Below are positions 56,131-64,000 of a stretch of 64,000 nt of DNA, in pieces (position 1 is the first letter of the stretch; every line of letters starts with the position of its first letter). Under the pieces are notes generated by a model. That model saw only the letters and a program-made list of their open reading frames with translations, made no database searches and was not told where the DNA came from. Location of the stretch: assembly GCA_951406725.2 (NCBI GenBank), contig OX597818.1, positions 66,898,001-66,962,000 of the forward strand, written 5' to 3'. The DNA is from Octopus vulgaris. Its lineage: Eukaryota. Both the position numbers and the translations under genes were made by a program.

Positions 56131-56562
56131 CCACAGATTTGCTTGTCAGTTGTTTGACCTTAACCACTTGACCATGACCCTTAGTAGCTGACGATATGTG
56201 GCATCTCTGATCACGAGCAGAAGTTGTTGGGTAGCATTATAGCCATGCGTTGAGAGGGGTGCTTTGGGGGTTTGAATAATTCACCTTGTGAAACATTGGC
56301 GGTTCGTTCAACATCCTTAAAAAATCCTTATTTAGGGACCTTTTGAACGGGATGGGTTACTCAACCAGAGGAAAATTCTAACTGGGCCCCACCTGTAAAG
56401 TCATGCGCCGTTTATCTTGATATGAGATCACCATTTCGCGCACATATGGTGGTGATGCATGTGCCTAAGGTACCTTTATCAGACGGGTAGTCATGATGGG
56501 TATACTGGCCTCTGTATATTTTACCTAGTGTCACTTTGATGGCATGCACTACTCTCACACTC
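56131..56562 (+). mobile_element. ~430-bp non-coding interspersed repeat inserted in (TAA)n
   Basis: GC-richer block bounded on both sides by (TAA)n; second partial copy at 7585-7743. Strand arbitrary. Confidence 0.75.
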
Positions 56563-57269
56563 AATAATAATAATAATACAGGTAAATGCATTCTTGTAGT
56601 AGTATTTAGTATATAGTAACAATGCATCGATGTTTCCAATTATTATTCTCTAAAATAAATTTTTAAGCAGTGAATAGTTATTGAAAAACCTAAATCGGGA
56701 TATGATAATAAGCATGACTTGCGGAACTCTGACAAAGAACTGTCGAATGCATTGATGACTTTCAAACATCAATAAAACGATTGTGTCCGATCGTAGGTCA
56801 AAATACCCTAGAAATGAATTTGGCGTTGCGGGAAAGAAAGATCAAATGTTATATTTGGTGTAGCAAAAGATACAGAACAGGCTGCCTCGAGGAAGTACGA
56901 AACGAAAATAGACAATAACACATAAGGATTCGGATAATATTATTTAAGACCCTCTGAGATAGCGGCGAACATTCTGCTCTTTTTCTGATAAACTAACTGA
57001 GTAAGATGCAGGAAGACCCATTCTATACTTATGCCCTGCTTAAATCCCCAGTCATAAGTAAGATATATATTCTGAGAGAACGGTGTGATGGATCATGGCA
57101 GGAGAAACTCACTGGATGGTCAGGGGTGGGGTTCAAACAAATAATCAAAAAACAAATAAATATAAAAAGTCATGGTGATATGTAGAGCAGTCTGCAGATA
57201 GGGTCGGGAGAAAAAATGGAAAAGAAACGGAAAAACAAAATTAAGATGAAGGAGATGGAGAGTAAGGAA

Positions 57270-57540
57270 CGGACGCTCCGTCTGTATCGACGACGAATGT
57301 CCCAGTTGATTCGATCATCGGAGCATCATGCTCGTGGAATGAACATTAGGACTTAGGACTCCACGGATACACGTACCGTTAACATAGTGCACAATGTTAC
57401 GGCACTTTCGCATACGGGTACATCTCATTTTTCCTGCTGAGTGGACAGGAACAACGTAAAATGAAGTGTCCCGATAGGGACACAATGGGCCGCCATGAAT
57501 CGAACTTACTTCCAATTTCCCGCGCGCCATCACAAAGGAT
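57270..57540 (-). mobile_element. Old SINE sharing its 3' part with family B
   Basis: Minus: gttcgattc B-box-like head, then ctatgttaacggtacgtgtatccgtggag..gatcgaatcaactgggacattcgtcgtcgatacagacggag, which aligns to the family B tail. Confidence 0.6.
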
Positions 57541-58085
57541 GAGTAAGAGAGAATCGAAACAGACATTGGACATAAAATGGAGATGAGATTTCTCCGGTTA
57601 TTTCCTGTAATATTTCAAAATAGGTGTTGATTAAATGAGTGGAAACTAAAAACAGAATTATACATTTGACTCCATAATATATAAGACATGGGTGTAAGGA
57701 ATATAAAAATTGTAGGAAAGAAGTGTGAGGAGTTTAGCAAATGATCGACCAGAGATTGTGGTTTGCTTCCGTACATGGCACGAGAAGTTTTCGGAATTGT
57801 TTCCGAGGAAAGAAATGAATGCTTTGCAAAAGAACTTTCTGGATATTTCAGTATTAATTGTTTTATGTGAGAATATATAAACTTTCATTTCTTTCTTTGT
57901 TTTCTTTTAGATTGAGAACGTTTTCTCAATATTTTCAGTCGGCAGTTTTTAACGAAAGGAAAGGAAAAAATGAATATTTCCCTAAAGCAACGGTATAAAT
58001 AAAATTAAATTTCTCGCTTTAATAGATACGTGTGAAGTCTATACAGCAGACAAAGTGGGTGTATCTATCTATCTATCTATGTATC

Positions 58086-58223
<138 letters not shown>

Positions 58224-58517
58224 GATGTGTGTGTGTGTGTGTGTCAAATCGTTGGAAATAATATTACCACTATGCTAGTCTAAACGTTATGCAAGCTATA
58301 AGTAGTTGGAGCAAAACAAATATTTTTCATTATGGCAATAAAATAAAAATAAAAATATTAGTGATAATAATGATGAGGAGGAGGAGGAGGAGGTGGAACA
58401 TGAGGACGACGACGACTACGATTATGATGACGGTGATGATGATGATCATCATCATGAACATGATGAATTCGATGCATATTAATTTAATATATCATGCCGT
58501 TTTAATATATCACTAGG

Positions 58518-58947
58518 TGAGACAAGCTCACACTGAATTAGCTTCGCTGATTGACAGATGACGGTATCGTTTAGGGAATGCGTGGGCTGAGACTACGCAC
58601 CCTCATTGGTCAGTTAGAGTTGAGACAGTGTCACGTGACAACTCGCTGGGGCTGCCTGCTGGAGACTAGCCACAGGTATTTAAAGGAAAACATTTGACAA
58701 GACAGTCAGTCGCCCGTTGACGCTACATCGAAGAGGCCAGGGAACAGCAGAAGAAAGGAGAAAAGAAGACATGCACCCAACACCAGAGCTCAAGACACCT
58801 TCGAAACGGGGGGGGGCACCACGTCAAAACGGTAGAGGAGTAGGGGCCGAAACCGGACATGGTTCCTCCTGATGACGTCTTGAGTTAACTGGATCCTATA
58901 AGGAGCAGTTGTGGTGGAAGACCATGAAAGACTGTTGAAATTCCTCA
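58518..58947 (+). mobile_element. Solo-LTR-like repeat
   Basis: TGAG...CTCA termini, TATA-like tatttaaa (~58677) upstream of cagtcagtc, 3' half repeated at 20355-20599; no TSD seen. Confidence 0.45.
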
Positions 58948-61021
58948 TAAAATCAGACTCCTAAATTCCGAAGAATACACGGTTTTTCATATTCTACCCG
59001 CCATCAATGTGTCTCAATTCCTGTATACATCTGTACTTAAGCGGTTTGTGTGTTGTGCCAAATGCATTCATTTCATCAATTTTGAGCTTTGTTTTCCCCA
59101 ATCACTTCACCACACGGCTTCGGTTCATACATTTCTTATTTCCATCAATTTCTTGAGGCTCTCCTCTATAATCATATGGTATTGCTAGTCTAGGATTTCT
59201 AATATTTATTGCGCTCTGCAATGGCATCACTTCTGGAAGCTTCGATTGTAATTACGATCATAAAAACCCTCTCCACTGAAGCACAAGGCCTGACATTTTG
59301 AGGAATTCAAAGAGTCGAAAGGATGAAAGGCGAAAGAATAAAAGGCAAAGTCGACCTCGGCGGAATTTGAAATCAGAAGGCAGCGGCGGGAAAAATACCG
59401 CTCAACATTTCGTTCTGCTCGCTAACGATTTTGGTGTCGATGTGGCACATCCATCGGAGTGTTTATTGAGACACTTCTAGAGGGTTGCTGGGACAGGATA
59501 AAGGAACCCGCCATCCAATGAAATAGACGTGACCCCGGCAGTCACCAGCCTGGTATTTCTTGGCCTCAGTGAGGTCTCACGGTTACTACACTTGCCCAAA
59601 ATTGATCAGAAGGTAGTTGTAGTTAAAGGCAACTTTGGTCATTCCACATACTGGCTACATAACCGGATGTAGTTTCCTGCCATACGAAGAGTGTTTTATT
59701 ATTAGAATTATTATAATTTGCTTCTGTTGTTACACTCAGTGGTAGCCGTAGCACTGTTGTAAGTTATTGTTCCCTTTTCCTGTATTCGTGGTGTCTTTGT
59801 TAGCAGCGTTGCTCTCCTGTTTCTGGTCGTTTCTGTTGCTTTTGTACTTGATTTCGTTCTTGTTATTGACTGTGTTGCTGGGATGGCTGTTGTCGTCATT
59901 GTTCTGCAACTCTTTCTGTGACCTTCGAAGATGGGCTGCTAATGTTCATCCTCCTCGACATGTTGTTCTTACTTATTTCGGGGACATATTGTGAGGGGTG
60001 CTGGATGGGCTTAAGTAGTGAACTGATATGTCTATAGAAATTAAAAAGAATAATTTATTATGGGGAAAATCATAAACGCACCAAAACGAAACGCTAAAAG
60101 TATTGATATTTTGTAGATGAATGTTTAGACAACAATGATATATCCATGTATTTTACAGTAATTATATTTTGATGTGCGTTTTTATGATTTCGTTTGTTTA
60201 TGTTTTTTGTTGATAAAATCGTTTCTTAATCGATTTACTGGAGGAGATTGTGTAGACAAATTATTTATTTCATGCACCACTGTCTACATTATATATATAT
60301 ATATATTTGCGTGCGTGTGAATGCGTATATATGTATATATTTAAGTGCGCATAAATATCTGAATTTCTCTCACTATAAATATGAATATGTGTATTTATAT
60401 ATATATATATGTTTGTGTGTGTGTGTATTGTATGTGTGCGCGTGTGTGATGCTGAGATGCAGTTCACACATTCCCATATATTTCTATTGATGTTCTTTGT
60501 CAATTGGCAAACGACCAACCTACCAACATACCAGCTACCAATCTACCAACCTTCCAACCAGCCAGCATAAATTTCTATGAACACATATATACAGCATCGT
60601 AGAACACACTGCCAAGTACACAAATATGCAAAGAAATAGTAATATTCTGTATAAAAATTCTAAAACGAAATATATTAAAACTTAAATCTTCCAATATGAC
60701 AAAACCGCGAAAGGCAATATTAATAAGGAATACAAAAACTCGCGAAAGATATCGTTTTAACTACCGTTTTCGAGCAACACATTTGCTAAAGAACGGTATT
60801 CAGCAAAACGTACAGTTGGAAGCTAAACCAGAATGTTACACCTGGAGCACACGGGCAAATATTAAAGAAGTAATTAACACACCGCGTAATCTACAATTAT
60901 GAGAGACGTAGACAAGCAATGAAAAGCACCGTCCAAGCAATGCACGGTGATGAAACACAAGGACCAGAGTACAGACAGATATAGACACACACAGATCGCA
61001 CAGATGAGTACCTACAAACAC

Positions 61022-61101
<80 letters not shown>

Positions 61102-61789
61102 TATACTACATATGTGGGGCATTGTGTCTGTGGGTGATTTTTTGTGGAGTTGTCAGCTAACTCCTTCTACGCCTCATCATTTTATCGATTTTGATGAAAA
61201 GTGATACGAGAGTAGAACTCATATCTCGAAATCTCTCGGCATACTCAGATTGTTGAAAAAGTCAACAATAGAGCCCTTGGAAGTGATCCTTATATATAGC
61301 CAAGGGAAATGATCAATTTATTTTCCTAAATTATTTGGTAAAAATGAAAGTGTGTATGCTTATTTCTTGGTATTTGAACTGTTAGAATTATTTTCGGAAT
61401 TTATCCAGTACAACCCGTAAACAAATAAATAGTATTTTCCTAAATAATAGATCCCCCTATTTTGCTTAGTGACTAATTCGCTAATATGCAAGCGTTAGTG
61501 CCCCTGCGAGTAATATACTCTGGGCGCACACAAAAGTACTTCTCTAAGTTATTTACCTTGAATTGTTATTATCTCATATCTGATTATTCTCTTATTACGC
61601 ATTAATTCACTTTTGGGGGCTACTTTATTTGATCGGCCGGAAGCCATACTGGAAATCACATGTCTACGGTACCATGCAGTGGGACTGAACCCAGAACCTT
61701 ATGGTTGGGAAAACAGCTTTTTAACACACAGCCAGTTATGCCTATCTACGTAAGTATGTTCTTATATGTGTCTGTATTATATCATCTGC

Positions 61790-62080
61790 GTTCATTTATT
61801 CCTGGGTGGTTCGTGGAGGCAGATTCCTGAAACGCGCCTTCCATCAGGTCATGTCAGTAGCAACCAACTGATACGGCTCATGGATGTCATGCAACCATCT
61901 TCCTTGATTTTCCTGTCAGTTATTTTGATCCGCAGAATATGGCCGAGGATTCTTTCGAGAGACACTTTTAACATACCTCCGTAGCATTGGAGCTGTGGAC
62001 TTTCAATTCGGAGAACAATTGTCTCTATCTGGACCACCTCTCTGATCTCCGAACTACGCACTCGGAAATAATCACGAACT
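61790..62080 (-). mobile_element. RTE LINE 3' remnant
   Basis: RVRSSEIREVVQIETIVLRIESPQLQCYGGMLKVSLERI resembles the RTE C-terminus RVRSSxIRExLxVExLLLxIERSQLRWFGH. Confidence 0.7.
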
Positions 62081-62083
62081 CTG

Positions 62084-62114
<31 letters not shown>

Positions 62115-62340
62115 AAGTTAATCCAAACATGAAAACCCAAAGAGAAATCACAACAACCCGAGGATATGGAACAAGTATAGTGTTATTGGACGCTCAGGAA
62201 GAAGTAAAGAAGGAGGATTTAACGTTTCGAGCGGAGCTTTTCGTCAGAAACATAGGAAAAGGAAAGATCCAAAGAAGGGAAGACGGAGCAAAAAAATCGC
62301 CAACGGTATACACGCGATCACATTTTGAATGACCGGAAGG
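62115..62340 (-). mobile_element. Short TA-flanked element with hammerhead motif
   Basis: Minus 62217-62251: gttt-CTGACGA-aaagc-tcc-gctc-GAAAC-GTT-aaat, intact core; homologous to 19072-19265. Confidence 0.75.
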
Positions 62341-63517
62341 GATATATATATATATATATATGCAGCACACACCGATATTCTAAGTATGAATATGTGTATG
62401 TGTATATATATGTATATATGTATGTAACAAATTTACAAAGTAAGTGTTGGTCAACTCGGAGCTACTATAGGAAAAATCACTTAACCAGGATGCTCAGCAG
62501 TGAGACAATACTCGAGAACATGCTCTTGGGAACCAAGCTTCTTTGAGCACGACCAACTCTACTTGTGAAGAAGTTTCTGGAATTAAGCAATACGTTCCCT
62601 CGTTCACTGTTCGTGAGTTTACGGTTCTCAGTAATTTAATAATCATTTATTTATTTGAGGCCAACGAGGCGATAAATGTTTCGCTGTTAAATGTTTCCCC
62701 GTATGGAGGAAAGTATTGTTGCTCACGTACGTAGCGCAGGTCGCATTTCAGTAAAACATTTCAAAATGTCAACTGCAATATAATGTTTCTGGTCAAAAAT
62801 ATCGATTCGATACGTAAATGTTACTCATTGCTGAAATAATATATTAGAATCGCTGATCCGTATTACCTCAGAAATTAGAAAACAATGCATTTAATATACT
62901 AAATATAATTCCTGTAACAATACTTTGATATTACTGGAAATTATTCTGGTCATTATTTCATAAATTTCATTTCGGCAAGGCAGCTCTCTTTCGCTTTAGA
63001 ACCATAATACACTAAAGGAAATATTACTGGGCTACAAGTCCATATCATCTGTTAGCGTGTGTTGGTGTGTTTTTGCATCACTTTCAGGGATGTTCTATAA
63101 CAGTCAAAGCCAGCAACCTAAGCTACGACGTCTCGTATAGAAATGCGTCAATATAAACAACACGTCGGAGCGAGAAAAACTGTGTAACAGATATATGGAT
63201 GCATGTTAATATTTCAAGGGTAATTGCCCTTTGATCAGCACCTCTGGTAACACATGTACTAGCTACGAACATATTATGTACACACTTAGTTTGGCTGGGT
63301 AACACTCGTATATAGTAAAATTTGCATATTAAGTACAATTCAAGTAGCAGGTATGTAAATACAATTACTGATACAGCAACCGTATTTCGTTCGACTACAG
63401 AGAAAATCTTTCAAACCGTTTCTCCAGTGAGACTGAACTTGAATACCTGCAACACATAGAAAACAGAAGATAAATAAAAATATATATGTATGTGCACATA
63501 CACACACAGACACACAC

Positions 63518-63577
<60 letters not shown>

Positions 63578-64000
63578 CTACGTATATTACATACATACAT
63601 ATTTATATACATATGTGTTTCTGCGTACATGTGTAGAGAGAAAGAAGGGAGAAAGTTTACGAAGCATTATATAATTTATAAATTAAAACCATGGTAATCT
63701 CATAGTGTCCTGTCATTTCCTGTAATTCGGGATACGAATTAATAATCGCTATGTGAAATAACCACATATATCAATTACTAGGTATTACTGGAGTGTTGTA
63801 ATGCAAAACATTCCACTGGAATTTTTTTGCTCTCAACCAATGTTTGTTTTTAATATAATCAATGTTTGTCATGAAATACTTTTTATAACAGTAAAGCATT
63901 GACTCAATTACAATAATTAGATTAGCTTTTTAACGGTAGACAATAAATCTGTTTTTGGCTTGTGTATTGTGTAAACAATTAGATTATAATAACATTTTTC

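Noticed and set aside
63340-63485. Strong minus-strand splice acceptor near 63450
   Set aside because: No convincing matching donor or coding frame.

Overview
AT-rich, microsatellite-dense eukaryotic (animal) DNA with no intact protein-coding gene. The repeat repertoire (three tRNA-head SINE families, (TA)n/(TAA)n tracts, decayed Tc1/mariner, hAT, CR1, RTE, R4/Dong and Penelope elements) suggests a coleoid cephalopod such as Octopus; this is inference. Nearly all listed ORFs are microsatellite artefacts. Two well-formed minus-strand exons (34726-34811, 33661-33758) may be the 5' end of a host gene. The main hidden signal is about a dozen minimal type I hammerhead-ribozyme-like motifs in short, often foldback, non-coding elements beside (TA)n tracts. 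They include a U3-A8 covariant core in both arms of one element and a family with a recurrent CUGU core; one degenerate copy follows a Penelope GIY-YIG remnant. The window also has several long local inverted duplications that could form dsRNA. All coordinates, alignments and folds were read by eye.
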